Counted from the stretch's first letter, positions 42,006 through 51,396 are shown. The stretch is DNA of 64,000 nucleotides from Nannocystis bainbridge (GCF_028368995.1 NZ_JAQNDL010000004.1:512001-576000); one strand, 5' to 3'. Made by a program: numbers and translations. The notes: generated from the letters alone by a model not told the origin.

Positions 42006-43054
42006 GCGAACTCCGAGGCGCGCACGCGGGCGAGCAGGGCGAGGAACACCGGGGCGCCGAGCAGCGAGGTCAGGATGCCGACGGGCAGCTCGGCGGGGGC
42101 GAGCATGGTGCGGGCGGCGGCGTCGGCGAACAGCAGCAGGGCGGCGCCGCCGAGCGCGGCCGCGGGGATGAGGACGCGATGGCGCGGACCGACGAGCCCG
42201 CGCAGCAGGTGCGGGACGACCAGACCGACGAAGCCGATGATGCCGGTGAAGGCGACGCACACGCCGACGGCCAGGGCGACCTCGGTGATCACGCGCCGGC
42301 GTAGGCGCTCGACGTCGACGCCGAGGTGGAACGCCTCGGCCTCGCCGAGCAAGAGGGCGTCGAGCTCACGCGCGCGGCGCCACAAGAGGACGCCGGACAG
42401 GCCGACGAGGGGCACGAGGATGAGGCCGACGCTGTGGGTGATGCCGCCGAGCCCGCCGAGCAGCCACAGGCTGAGGTCGCGCAGCTGGCGGTCGTCGGCG
42501 AGGTAGCCGAGCAGGCCGATCGCGGCGCTGGCCAGGGCGCTGACGGCGATGCCGGCGAGCAGCAGGCCGACCACCGAGGTCTGGCCGCGGACCCGGGCGA
42601 GGGCGTGCACGATCCACGTGGCAACGAGCCCGCCGAAAAAGGCGAAGACCGGCTGGGTGAGGCCGCCGGGGAGCACGGGCAAGGCGCGGCCGAGCACGAT
42701 GGCGAGGCCGGCCCCGAGCGCGGCGCCGCTGCTGACGCCGACGAGGCTCGGGTCGGCCAGCGGGTTGCGGAACAGGCCCTGCATGGCGCAGCCGGACACC
42801 GCCAGGCCGGCGCCGACGACCATGGCGCCGAGGGTCCGCGGCAGGCGCAGGGCGGTGAGGATGTAGCGCTCGCTCGGCTCGCAGGTCGGGTCGGGCGAGA
42901 CGAGGCAGCCGACCGCGTGCGCGAGGTCGAGCGGGGCGGCGCCGACGGCCAGCTGCAGCAGCGCGCCGAGGACGACGAGGACGGCGAGGCCCACGAGGAC
43001 CGGGCGCACGCGCCGGGCTGTCCCGGCGGACAGGCTCGCCCGGGCGGCGGTCAC
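42002..43054 (-). CDS. hmuU: Heme ABC transporter permease (FecCD family)
   Basis: LRLPRT, QGLFRNPLADPSLVGVSSGA, LLLGEAEA.HLG, IGFVGLVVPH, ELPVGI. Confidence 0.92.
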   Translation of the reverse strand: MTAARASLSAGTARRVRPVLVGLAVLVVLGALLQLAVGAAPLDLAHAVGCLVSPDPTCEPSERYILTALRLPRTLGAMVVGAGLAVSGCAMQGLFRNPLADPSLVGVSSGAALGAGLAIVLGRALPVLPGGLTQPVFAFFGGLVATWIVHALARVRGQTSVVGLLLAGIAVSALASAAIGLLGYLADDRQLRDLSLWLLGGLGGITHSVGLILVPLVGLSGVLLWRRARELDALLLGEAEAFHLGVDVERLRRRVITEVALAVGVCVAFTGIIGFVGLVVPHLLRGLVGPRHRVLIPAAALGGAALLLFADAAARTMLAPAELPVGILTSLLGAPVFLALLARVRASEFA

Positions 43055-43230
43055 ACGGCCGCTCCTGCGCCTGCGGACATGTGCGAACAGACAGGGACCG
43101 CCGAGGACCTGCGCGAAGAGACAGGTGACCGGGACCTGCGCGAAGCGACAGGTGCTCGGCTGAGGCCGGGCCGGGCGCCGGAGCTGCGCGGAGCGACAGG
43201 CGCGCCGTCGCGGAGGCGGCACCGCGTCAC
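43051..43230 (-). CDS. Putative 59-aa spacer ORF coupling hmuT to hmuU
   Basis: GTG overlaps the hmuT stop and TGA overlaps the hmuU GTG; mostly built from four 14-bp units. Confidence 0.3.
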   Translation of the reverse strand: MTRCRLRDGAPVAPRSSGARPGLSRAPVASRRSRSPVSSRRSSAVPVCSHMSAGAGAAV

Positions 43231-44129
43231 GGCGCCGCTCCTTCGCCGAGCTCGGGGTGGAGGGCGACCAGCAGCTCGCGCACGCCCTGGCCGATCCGCG
43301 GGCCGAAGCCGAGCAGCTTGAGGTCGTCGATGGCGACGATCCGCTGGTCGCGGCCGGCGGGCGTCTCGGCCAGGCCGGGGAGGGCGAGCAGGCCCGGGAC
43401 GCCGCCCATGCTCTCGAGGCCGCGGCTCGGCAGGACGACCACGTCGGGCGCGGCGGCGACCACCGCCTCGGCGCTCCACGGCTTCATGCCGGTGAGGGCG
43501 CCGCCCGCGTTCTCGCCAGCGGCGAGGCGCACCAGCTCGGCGCCGGCGGTCTCGCGCCCGGCCACCAGCAGGCGGCCCGGCCCGCGCGCGTAGACGAACA
43601 GGACCCGCGGCCGCGAGGTGACGCGAGCGCGCATGCGGTCGGCCTCGGCCAGGTCGGCCTCGAGCGTGGCGAGCACCGTGGCCGCCGCTTCGGGCCGGCC
43701 GAGCGCGGCGGCGATGGCCGTGATGTTGCCGCGCGCGGCGTCGAGGTTCTCGCCCGACGGCAGCAGCTCGAGGCGGATGCCGGCGCTGCGCAGCTGCTCG
43801 ACCGCGGTGGCCGGACCGGACGCGTCGCTGGCGAGCACCAGGTCCGGCCGGAGCCCGAGCACGCCCTCGGCGGAGAACTGCCGGTAGTAGCCGACCCGCG
43901 GGAGGGCAGCGGCGGTCTCGGGATAGAGGCTCGAGAGGTCGACGCCGACGACGCGATCCCCGGCCCCAAGCGCAAATACCGCTTCGGTGACCGAGCTGCC
44001 GAGGGTGACGATGCGCTGGGGAGCCGTGACCTCGGCCGTCGCGGGGGCTGGACCGTCGCCCGGGGCGGCGCAGGCCGGGAGCAGCACCGCAGCGAGGACG
44101 AGCGAGCGAAGGACGGTCGAGGCGAGCAT
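43227..44129 (-). CDS. hmuT: Heme ABC transporter substrate-binding lipoprotein
   Basis: LLPAC lipobox; RIVTLGSSVTE.VFALG, GVDLSSLYP, VGYYRQFSAEGVL (heme Tyr), TPAG, LLGFGPR. Confidence 0.9.
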   Translation of the reverse strand: MLASTVLRSLVLAAVLLPACAAPGDGPAPATAEVTAPQRIVTLGSSVTEAVFALGAGDRVVGVDLSSLYPETAAALPRVGYYRQFSAEGVLGLRPDLVLASDASGPATAVEQLRSAGIRLELLPSGENLDAARGNITAIAAALGRPEAAATVLATLEADLAEADRMRARVTSRPRVLFVYARGPGRLLVAGRETAGAELVRLAAGENAGGALTGMKPWSAEAVVAAAPDVVVLPSRGLESMGGVPGLLALPGLAETPAGRDQRIVAIDDLKLLGFGPRIGQGVRELLVALHPELGEGAAP

Positions 44130-44187
44130 GCAGATCCAGACCGATGACACCGCGAGGCGCGCGGGCCAGAGTGGTGGCTACCACATT

Positions 44188-44204
44188 TTGAAAATGCAAA
44201 TCAA
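44188..44204. promoter_or_regulatory. Fur-like box (hmuT-proximal)
   Basis: TTGAAAATGCAAATCAA, a 17-bp imperfect palindrome resembling the deltaproteobacterial Fur consensus WTGAAAATNATTTTCAW; AT-rich island upstream of heme uptake genes. Confidence 0.75.
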
Positions 44205-44259
44205 AGCTAATTTCGTGAGCGAACCGCGCAACTGGGGTGTCACGGCCCTGGAGTTTGGC

Positions 44260-44290
44260 TTGACACGAGATTTTGAAAACTGTTATCAAT
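44260..44290 (+). promoter_or_regulatory. Sigma70-like promoter for rpsD overlapped by a second Fur-like box
   Basis: TTGACA at 44260-44265; TATCAA at 44284-44289; box TTGAAAACTGTTATCAA at 44273-44289. Confidence 0.72.
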
Positions 44291-44315
44291 CCACCCCCTC
44301 GCTCGGAAGCGCACC

Positions 44316-44933
44316 ATGAGTCGTTACACCGGACCCCGTCTCCGCATCCTCCGCCGCCTCGACGTCGACCTCCCGGGTCTGACCGCCAAGTCGCGCGAGA
44401 AGCGGCCCTATCCACCCGGACAGCACGGGCAGGCGCGGCGCAAGCGGCCGTCCGCCTACGGCATGCAGCTCGCCGAGAAGCAGAAGCTCTGCTTCAACTA
44501 CGGCGTCAGCGAGCGGCAGATGCGGCGCCTGTTCGCCGAGGCGATCGCGGCCAAGGGCGTCACCGGTGAAGTGCTGCTCGAGCTGCTCGAGCGCCGCCTC
44601 GACAACGTCGTGTTCCGCTCCGGCCTCGCGCCGACGATCCCCGCGGCGCGGCAGCTCGTGACCCACGGGCACGTCCGCGTCGACGGCCATCGCGTCGACA
44701 TCGCCTCGTTCCGCGTGCGCACCGGCGCCGAGATCACGCTGCGCCCGCGCAGCGTCGACCTCGACATCGTCCAAAAGGCCGTGGGCACGCCGGTCCGCAT
44801 CCCGCTGCCGACGTGGCTCGAGACCGATCTGCCGCAGCGTCGGGTGAAGATGGTCGGCAAGCCGAGCGGCAACTCGGCTCCGTTCGAGCTCGATGTCCAG
44901 CTGGTGGTCGAGTACTACGCCCGCTTCTTCTAG
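44316..44933 (+). CDS. rpsD: 30S ribosomal protein S4, stand-alone form lacking the N-terminal Cys motif
   Basis: MSRYTGP, PPGQHG, YG.QL.EKQK, LERRLDNVVFR, ARQLVTHGH, VVEYY; not in the alpha operon. Confidence 0.96.
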   Translation: MSRYTGPRLRILRRLDVDLPGLTAKSREKRPYPPGQHGQARRKRPSAYGMQLAEKQKLCFNYGVSERQMRRLFAEAIAAKGVTGEVLLELLERRLDNVVFRSGLAPTIPAARQLVTHGHVRVDGHRVDIASFRVRTGAEITLRPRSVDLDIVQKAVGTPVRIPLPTWLETDLPQRRVKMVGKPSGNSAPFELDVQLVVEYYARFF

Positions 44934-44940
44934 GAGTGCC

Positions 44941-45345
44941 ATGCCGCGCCCCTCGACCCCCGACAATTCGTTGATGGCGCTGATCGTGCGCCGCTGCGGT
45001 CTCGACGCGGTGGCAGCCGAGCTGCTGCAGCGAATCGAGGCCGCCGCGTGGGACCTCGTCGCCGACGGCGTGACGCCGGACGTGCTGCGCGCGGTGCTCG
45101 CGGTGGTCGCCGACGTGGCACCGGCTCCGGCGGGCCTGCCGTTCCGCGCGCGCCGGCTGCTGCGGAAGTTCGCCCGCGCCCGCGACGCCGGCGTGCCGCC
45201 CGACGTGGTCTCCAGCTTCACCGAGGACGCGCTGCGCATGGCGCTGCTGATCGACGACGCGTTCCACCGCGGCCACGCGCTCGGCCGCGCCGAGGCGACG
45301 ACGCCGATCGAAGACGCGCCGCCGCCCGGGACCTGGCCGCACTGA
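44941..45345 (+). CDS. Hypothetical protein co-oriented with rpsD
   Basis: AGGAG RBS 8 nt after the rpsD stop; helical composition; GC3 bias. Confidence 0.7.
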   Translation: MPRPSTPDNSLMALIVRRCGLDAVAAELLQRIEAAAWDLVADGVTPDVLRAVLAVVADVAPAPAGLPFRARRLLRKFARARDAGVPPDVVSSFTEDALRMALLIDDAFHRGHALGRAEATTPIEDAPPPGTWPH

Positions 45346-45359
45346 GGCGCAAGCGCACC

Positions 45360-45528
45360 GGATGTCTGAAGGGACATGGCCGCGAGGTCATGTCCCTTTT
45401 GCGTGCATGGTTCACCGAGCCCGAGTCGGATGTCTGAAGGGACATGGCCGCGAGGTCATGTCCCTTCGTGCATGTGCTTCGCATTGGATGTCCGAAGAGA
45501 CATGGCCGCGAGGTCATGTCCCTTCGTG
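45360..45528. repeat. Three ~39-bp direct repeats, each built of two 14-bp units, at a convergent junction
   Basis: ggatgtcYgaagRgacatggccgcgaggtcatgtccctt at 45360, 45428 and 45486. Confidence 0.92.
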
Positions 45529-45541
45529 CGCCCGGCTCGGG

Positions 45542-47113
45542 TCAGAGCGCCTGCGCGGCGATCCAGCGGAACACGCCGGGCCCGGTGCCGCGCATCAGCT
45601 CGGGGTCGGGCTCGAGCGCGTCGATGCGCGCCAGCTCGCCGGTCACCGAGAGCACGTACAGGTTGCGCGGGGCCGACGGCGGCAGCAGCAGCTCGACGCT
45701 GAAGCCCTGGTCGTCGCGGCTGTGGAGCAGCAGGTCGCCGTCGTCGTCGATCGCCAGCGCCCACATCGGCACGCCCTGGAACCGCTCCATGCCCGCCGAC
45801 GACACGCGGACGATCTCCCCCGCCGTCACCCCGCCGACGTCCTGCGTGTCGCTGGCGCACGTCCAGGCGACGAAGCGGGCGTTCGGCGAGGCCACCGGCG
45901 GCTGGCCGCCGACGCATGGGCTCTGCTCCGCGCTCAGCAGCTCGAGCCGGTCGGCGTCGACGCGCAGCGCGGCCCCGCGGACCGTCACGAACAGCAGCGC
46001 GCGGCCGTCGGCGCTGACGCGGGTGAACAGCTCGCCGGTGTCGCCGATCAGCGGCCGGCCGTCGTGCTCGCCGGTCGTGTGGTCGTAGCGGCGGATCGCC
46101 AGGCCGTCACGGAACACGTAGTGGCGGGGCGAGACGGCGGCGACCAGGCGCGAAGGGTCGGCCCACGCGGGGGCGTCGCCCGGGACCGCGCAGGCGACCC
46201 CGGGCTCGTCGACGGCCCAGCGCCACACGCGGCAGAGGCCGTCGGCGCCGCCCAGGCTCAGCGCGCCGCCGTCGGGGTCGACCACGCCGAGGCCGCAGCT
46301 CGGGCCCGGGCCGGCGCAGCGGGCCCGCTGCAGCCGCGCGAGCGGGGCGTCGGGCAGGCGGGCCGCGCCCAGCTCGGTCAACGCGGGCGCGGCGTCGTAG
46401 CCCTCGGCTGGCCTCGGGTACCTGATTGCAAGGACATGTCCTTTGGGACCTGGCCGTAAGAACCCGTCCTCGGGGACACCTTGCACGGCGAACAGCACCG
46501 GGGCGTCGGCGGCGCCCACGACCCCCCAGACCTCGGCGCAGCCGGCCGGCAGCGGCCACGCGAGCGGCACGATCGCGGCCGGATCGCCGGCGCTGGTGGT
46601 GGCGACCCGGGGCGACAGCGGCACCAGCTGCAGCGCGGCCGGGCAGCCGGCGGTCCACCACAGCGCGCCGCCGGCGGGGGCGAAGCCGGTGGCGTCAGGG
46701 GCCAGGCGGGCGGGCAGGGCGAGCGGCAGGGTGCGCGCGCCGACGAGGTCGACGAAGCCGGCGCGCAGCGTGCCGAAGCTGTCCCCGAGTTCATGTTGCC
46801 AGCCGCCGTCGCCGGCGCGGATAAGGGCGCCCTGACCGCGCGGATCGAGCTCGACCACGAGGGGCTGCGCGTCGGCCTCGGGGCCCGGTTCGGCGGGCAA
46901 GAGCTCGCGGAAGGCGAGGTCGCCGGCGTCGTAGATCGTCAGGGTCCGGGCCCCCTCCTTGCCGCGCTGCGACGCGATCCACACCGCGCGCGCGTCGACC
47001 GTGGGCGGGCCGCACGCGACGAGGCCAACGACGGTCAGGACGGTCAGGATCGCCGCGCCCGCGCGAGCGCGAAGGCCCGCGGGCGGGCGCGGGGGCGTCG
47101 CTTGTGACTTCAC
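45542..47113 (-). CDS. Hypothetical lipoprotein, possibly a beta-propeller
   Basis: GTG after a GGGGGA RBS; LTVVGLVAC lipobox; LDPRG, VSADGR and ASPNARFVAW blade-like segments. Confidence 0.65.
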   Translation of the reverse strand: MKSQATPPRPPAGLRARAGAAILTVLTVVGLVACGPPTVDARAVWIASQRGKEGARTLTIYDAGDLAFRELLPAEPGPEADAQPLVVELDPRGQGALIRAGDGGWQHELGDSFGTLRAGFVDLVGARTLPLALPARLAPDATGFAPAGGALWWTAGCPAALQLVPLSPRVATTSAGDPAAIVPLAWPLPAGCAEVWGVVGAADAPVLFAVQGVPEDGFLRPGPKGHVLAIRYPRPAEGYDAAPALTELGAARLPDAPLARLQRARCAGPGPSCGLGVVDPDGGALSLGGADGLCRVWRWAVDEPGVACAVPGDAPAWADPSRLVAAVSPRHYVFRDGLAIRRYDHTTGEHDGRPLIGDTGELFTRVSADGRALLFVTVRGAALRVDADRLELLSAEQSPCVGGQPPVASPNARFVAWTCASDTQDVGGVTAGEIVRVSSAGMERFQGVPMWALAIDDDGDLLLHSRDDQGFSVELLLPPSAPRNLYVLSVTGELARIDALEPDPELMRGTGPGVFRWIAAQAL

Positions 47114-47197
47114 TCCCCCGCCTGGTGTCGCCGCGGCCACCACCCCCAGGGTACCAGCCTTGCGCGCCCGATGCGGGTTTGGCAGGCTTCGCGCCTC

Positions 47198-49213
47198 ATG
47201 TCCGGCGACCCCAAAGACCCTGATTACGACGACACCGAAGCCGCCCTCGAGCCCGGCGAGCTGATGTTCGACGACGGCGACGAGGACGAGGTCGCGGCCT
47301 CCGAAGAGGAGATCCAGGAGGCGGCCCAGGCGATCGAGCTCGTCACGCTGCCGGTCTCGTGCACCAACGAGGGCAAGGGCGCGCCGCTCGGCATGGGCAT
47401 CCAGCGCTTCTGGGCCCAGGAGCTGGCCGAAGCCGGGGTCCGGGCCGCCGCGCCGGTATTCACCGCGATCCAGGAGCAGGAGGGCCGCCGCGCGCCGGCG
47501 CTGATGATCTTCCGCGAGCCGTGGACCGACGAGCGCGCGCTCGAGGGCATCAACCGGTTCGCCAACGCCAAGTTCGGCCTGGCGACCGACATGTTCGCGC
47601 AGGAAGAGAAGGTCACGCTGACGGCCCGCCTGGTCGCCATCAGGCCGGGGCCCGCGCTCGAGACCGTCGACACCTTCGTCGCCGAGACCACCGCCGAGCA
47701 GCTGCCCGGCGAGGTGTTCGTGCTGACGCAGAAGATCGCCGCCGCGCTCGGCAAGCAGGTCGAGAAGAAGACCTGGCAGGAGGCGTTCGGCACCGAAAAC
47801 GTGCAGGCGATCATCTCGTTCCTGGTCGGCCTCGGCAACCTCAGCGCGCTCCAGGGCCGCTGCGTGCCGACGACCTCGGACCAGCTGCTGTCGCCGCTGA
47901 TGGACGCCCTCGGCCGCGCGCCGGAGATGGACGTGACCATGCAGGCGCTGCACGCGATGACCGACATCCTCATCGCCGGCCAGCCCGACCAGGCCGCCAT
48001 CCCGCTGTCGGTGCAGGCGCTGTCGATCGCGGCGCAGAAGCGCAAGAACGATCAAGGCGCGTGGCACCACCTCGCGCTGGTCCTGCGCCGCGTCGGCGAC
48101 CTCGGCTCGGCGGTCCAGGCGTTCCAGCAGGCGATCAACCTCGGGCCGCAGAACGCCGCGGTCGCGGCCGGCTTCGTCGACACCCTGCGGGCCGCCGGCG
48201 ACCTCGAGAACGCGCTCAAGGTGGCCCAGTTCGCGGTCGAGAACGGCAACGAGGGCGTCCTGTTGATGGCCCAGCTCGGCAGCCTCCTGATCGAGAACGA
48301 TCAGTTCGACGAGGCCGAGCCGTTCCTCCGCCGCGCGGTCGAGGAGGGCAAGGTCCCCAGCGCCTACGGCGACCTCGCCAACGTGCTGTGGGAGACCACC
48401 GAGGACGACCCGAAGAAGGTCCAGGAGGACCGCGACGAGGCGCTCGCGCTGCTGGCCCAGGCCATCGAGCAGCCCACGCTGCACAAGAGCGCGCTCGACA
48501 TCCTGCTCGACCTCCACGAGGAGGAGAAGCTCGAGAAGGCGACGCTGCTGATGCTGCGCGCCGCCGAGAAGCACGCCGAGAACGCGACCGTGCTGCGCTA
48601 CGTCGCCAGCATGTACCTCGAGGGCGACGAGCCGGCCCGCGCGCGCCCGTACCTCGATTCGATCCTCAAGCTGCAGCGCCGCAGCCTCGACGACGACGCG
48701 TTCGCGCGCCGGGCGATCCTCACCCTCGACGTCGAGGGCTTCGAGGACCGCTACGACCAGGCCATCGACTACGTGCGCAGCGGCGACCCGCAGAAGCACC
48801 TCGCCGCGGCCAAGTTCCTGCGCGAGATGATCGGCCGTGACCCGCGCTACTGGCAGCCGCACCTGATGCTGGCCCTGGCGGTGCGCGACAGCGAGGGCGA
48901 CGCCTCGGCGCTGTCGCACCTCAACGACGCCGTCCGCCTGCGCCCGAACGACGCCGAGATCCGCAACCTCATGTCGGCGATCCTGCGCAAGCAGGGCCGC
49001 GCGCGCGAGGCCGTGGAGCACCTGCGCGCGGTCGTGGCGATCAACCCGCGCGAGATCGAGCCGGTCGTCAACCTCGCCTCGGCGATGCGCGACGCCAACA
49101 TGTTCGACGAGGCGCGCCAGGTCTGCACCGCGGCGCTGCAGATGATCCCGGACCACCCGGAGTTCAAGCGCATCCTCGACAGCCTGCCGCCGCCGCGCCA
49201 GCGCCAGAACTGA
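47198..49213 (+). CDS. Tetratricopeptide repeat protein
   Basis: AWHHLALVLRRVGD...AFQQAINLGP; AVRLRPND; AVEHLRAVVAINP; MIPDHP; strong GC3 bias. Confidence 0.88.
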   Translation: MSGDPKDPDYDDTEAALEPGELMFDDGDEDEVAASEEEIQEAAQAIELVTLPVSCTNEGKGAPLGMGIQRFWAQELAEAGVRAAAPVFTAIQEQEGRRAPALMIFREPWTDERALEGINRFANAKFGLATDMFAQEEKVTLTARLVAIRPGPALETVDTFVAETTAEQLPGEVFVLTQKIAAALGKQVEKKTWQEAFGTENVQAIISFLVGLGNLSALQGRCVPTTSDQLLSPLMDALGRAPEMDVTMQALHAMTDILIAGQPDQAAIPLSVQALSIAAQKRKNDQGAWHHLALVLRRVGDLGSAVQAFQQAINLGPQNAAVAAGFVDTLRAAGDLENALKVAQFAVENGNEGVLLMAQLGSLLIENDQFDEAEPFLRRAVEEGKVPSAYGDLANVLWETTEDDPKKVQEDRDEALALLAQAIEQPTLHKSALDILLDLHEEEKLEKATLLMLRAAEKHAENATVLRYVASMYLEGDEPARARPYLDSILKLQRRSLDDDAFARRAILTLDVEGFEDRYDQAIDYVRSGDPQKHLAAAKFLREMIGRDPRYWQPHLMLALAVRDSEGDASALSHLNDAVRLRPNDAEIRNLMSAILRKQGRAREAVEHLRAVVAINPREIEPVVNLASAMRDANMFDEARQVCTAALQMIPDHPEFKRILDSLPPPRQRQN

Positions 49214-49456
49214 GCCGCCCCCGACGGCTCCGACCTGGAGCCGAGACACGACGCGCATGCCGGCGAGCCGGGGTGCGCGTCGTCGGTCTTCGTGGGCACG
49301 AGCGAGAGCGAGTGAACATCGTTCGCCACGGATGTCGTGAGCGAGCGGCCGACGCCTGGCGATGGTGCTGCGCCGCGAACTCGTTCAGCCTGTCACGACG
49401 GCGTGGGGCGCTCTCCGAGGGGCTTCTCCGCGATCGTCCCACCGGGAGTCAACGTG

Positions 49457-51292
49457 ATGCGAGCGCTTAAATTGAAGTGTGCGTGGAGTCGGGCCCTGAC
49501 CCTTGGCATCGGGCTCGGCGCGGGCTGGACCCTGGCGATGCCGCAGACGGCCGAGGCCTGCGGCGGCGTGTTCTGCGACGGCGGGCTGCCGAACTCGATG
49601 CCCGTCAACCAGGACGGCGAGAACGTGCTGTTCGTGCTCGACCAGAACGAGGTCGAGGTCCACATCCAGATCAGCATCGATCCCAACACCAACGCGCAGA
49701 AGTTCGCGTGGCTGATCCCGATCGCCCAGATCCCCGAGTTCGAGGTCGGCTCGCAGCCCCTGTTCGACGCGCTGCTGAACTCGTCGGTGCCGACCTACCA
49801 GGTCCAGCAGACCTTCGAGGTCTGCGGCGAGAGCGGCCTCTCCGGCGGGTTCACGACCGGCGGCAGCGGCGACCCGGGCCTCAGCAGCGACAGCAACGGG
49901 ACCGGCACCGACGGCAACGAGAGCGCCGGCGAGGACCCGGTGCTGTTCAAGACCACCGCCGGCGCGTTCGAGATCGTGGTCCTGCAGGACAAGCAGATCG
50001 GGCCGATCAAGGACTGGCTGATCGACAACGACTACCAGTGGATCGACGGCTCGGAGACGGTGCTGCAGCAGTACCTCGACGAGGGCCAGGTGATCGTCGC
50101 GCTCAAGCTGGCGGCCGGGTCCGACGGCGGTGACGTGCACCCGATCGTGCTGCGCTACCCGTCGAACGAGAACTGCTTCCCGCTGCGGCTGACGCGGTTC
50201 GCGTCGATCGAGAACATGGACATCCGTGTGTTCGTGCTCGGCGACAAGCGGGCGGCGCCGACCAACTACCGCCACGTCCTCGTCAACCCGCTGAAGATCG
50301 ACTGGCTGTCGTTCGCGACCAACTACAAGGAGGTCATCACCAAGGCGGTCGACGACCTCGAGGCCGACGGGCTGGCGTTCGTGACCGAGTTCGCCGGGGC
50401 GTCGAGCGTGGTCCAGCCGTTCGCGTTCAACTTCTACAGCACGTCGTGGAACGAGGCGGCGTTCATCGGCATCCCGCCCGAGCAGGTGGTCCAGGTGCTG
50501 AACGAGCAGGGGCTGACGCAGTGCTTCGACCCCGAGTTCTGCTTCTACAACCACCCGCTGGTCGAGAGCCTGCTGAACGATTTCCTGCCGGTGCCCGACG
50601 GCCTGACGGCGGAGGAGTTCTACTGGAACCTGCCCGCCTACGTCGACCAGATCGACGCGATGGCGTGGGGCGACGGCAGCGCGTTCGCGCAGGCGCTCGA
50701 CAGCCGGATCATCGCGCCGGGCGAGCACGCGCAGGAGCTGATCGACACGTATCCGTACCTGACGCGCATGTACACGGTGATCTCGCCCAACGAGATGATC
50801 GCGGACCCGATCTTCCACATCAACCCGGACTTGCCCGACGTGGCGAGCTTCCGCTCGGCGACCGAGTACAACCTGTGCGACGGCAACAGCGTGGTGACGC
50901 TGCCCGACGAGCGCGAGATCTTCGTGCCGAACGGCGGGCCGTGGCCGGAGTTCATCGGCGAGATGTGGTGGGCCGAGGAGGTCCAGCAGGTCGCCCTCAA
51001 GGGCAAGCCGATGCACCTCGTCAACAACACCGCGGCGATCAACAAGAAGATCGAGGAGTGGAACCTGGCCCACGGCTGGCCGCGCTTCCCCGACGCTCCG
51101 ACGACCAGCGCCAGCGACACGGACACCGACAGCTCGGGCTCGGGCTCGAGCGGCGGGCCCGACTCTGCCACCGGCGGGGGACAGAACGACAGCAGCGGCT
51201 GCGGCTGCCGCAGCGACGGGACCCCGGGCGCCGGGATGCTGGCGCTCGTGGGGCTGGGGCTGCTGGCGCAGCGGCGCCGGCGGCGGGCGTGA
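49457..51292 (+). CDS. DUF2330 domain protein with MYXO-CTERM
   Basis: AEACGGVFC, VNQDGENVLF, FAWLIP, PLRLT, AFVTEFAG, YLTRMYT.ISP.EM..DP.F; tail GCGC...LALVGLGLLAQRRRRRA. Confidence 0.88.
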   Translation: MRALKLKCAWSRALTLGIGLGAGWTLAMPQTAEACGGVFCDGGLPNSMPVNQDGENVLFVLDQNEVEVHIQISIDPNTNAQKFAWLIPIAQIPEFEVGSQPLFDALLNSSVPTYQVQQTFEVCGESGLSGGFTTGGSGDPGLSSDSNGTGTDGNESAGEDPVLFKTTAGAFEIVVLQDKQIGPIKDWLIDNDYQWIDGSETVLQQYLDEGQVIVALKLAAGSDGGDVHPIVLRYPSNENCFPLRLTRFASIENMDIRVFVLGDKRAAPTNYRHVLVNPLKIDWLSFATNYKEVITKAVDDLEADGLAFVTEFAGASSVVQPFAFNFYSTSWNEAAFIGIPPEQVVQVLNEQGLTQCFDPEFCFYNHPLVESLLNDFLPVPDGLTAEEFYWNLPAYVDQIDAMAWGDGSAFAQALDSRIIAPGEHAQELIDTYPYLTRMYTVISPNEMIADPIFHINPDLPDVASFRSATEYNLCDGNSVVTLPDEREIFVPNGGPWPEFIGEMWWAEEVQQVALKGKPMHLVNNTAAINKKIEEWNLAHGWPRFPDAPTTSASDTDTDSSGSGSSGGPDSATGGGQNDSSGCGCRSDGTPGAGMLALVGLGLLAQRRRRRA

Positions 51293-51307
51293 GGCTGTTT
51301 TCTCGCG

Positions 51308-51383
51308 CCTGACCTCGAGGGCATGTCCGTAAGGGCATGCTCTCGAGGCGCTGTTCGTAAGGACATGTCCTCGGCGACATGTC
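51308..51383. repeat. 14-bp-phased array (5 units) at a convergent junction
   Basis: Tetramers at 51308, 51322, 51336, 51350, 51364 and 51378. Confidence 0.9.
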
Positions 51384-51396
51384 CGTGCGGTCAGCC

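Noticed and set aside
45360-45528. Mini CRISPR array
   Set aside because: Only three repeats, unequal short spacers (29 and 19 bp), no cas genes or leader, and the repeats are composites of the dispersed 14-bp motif.
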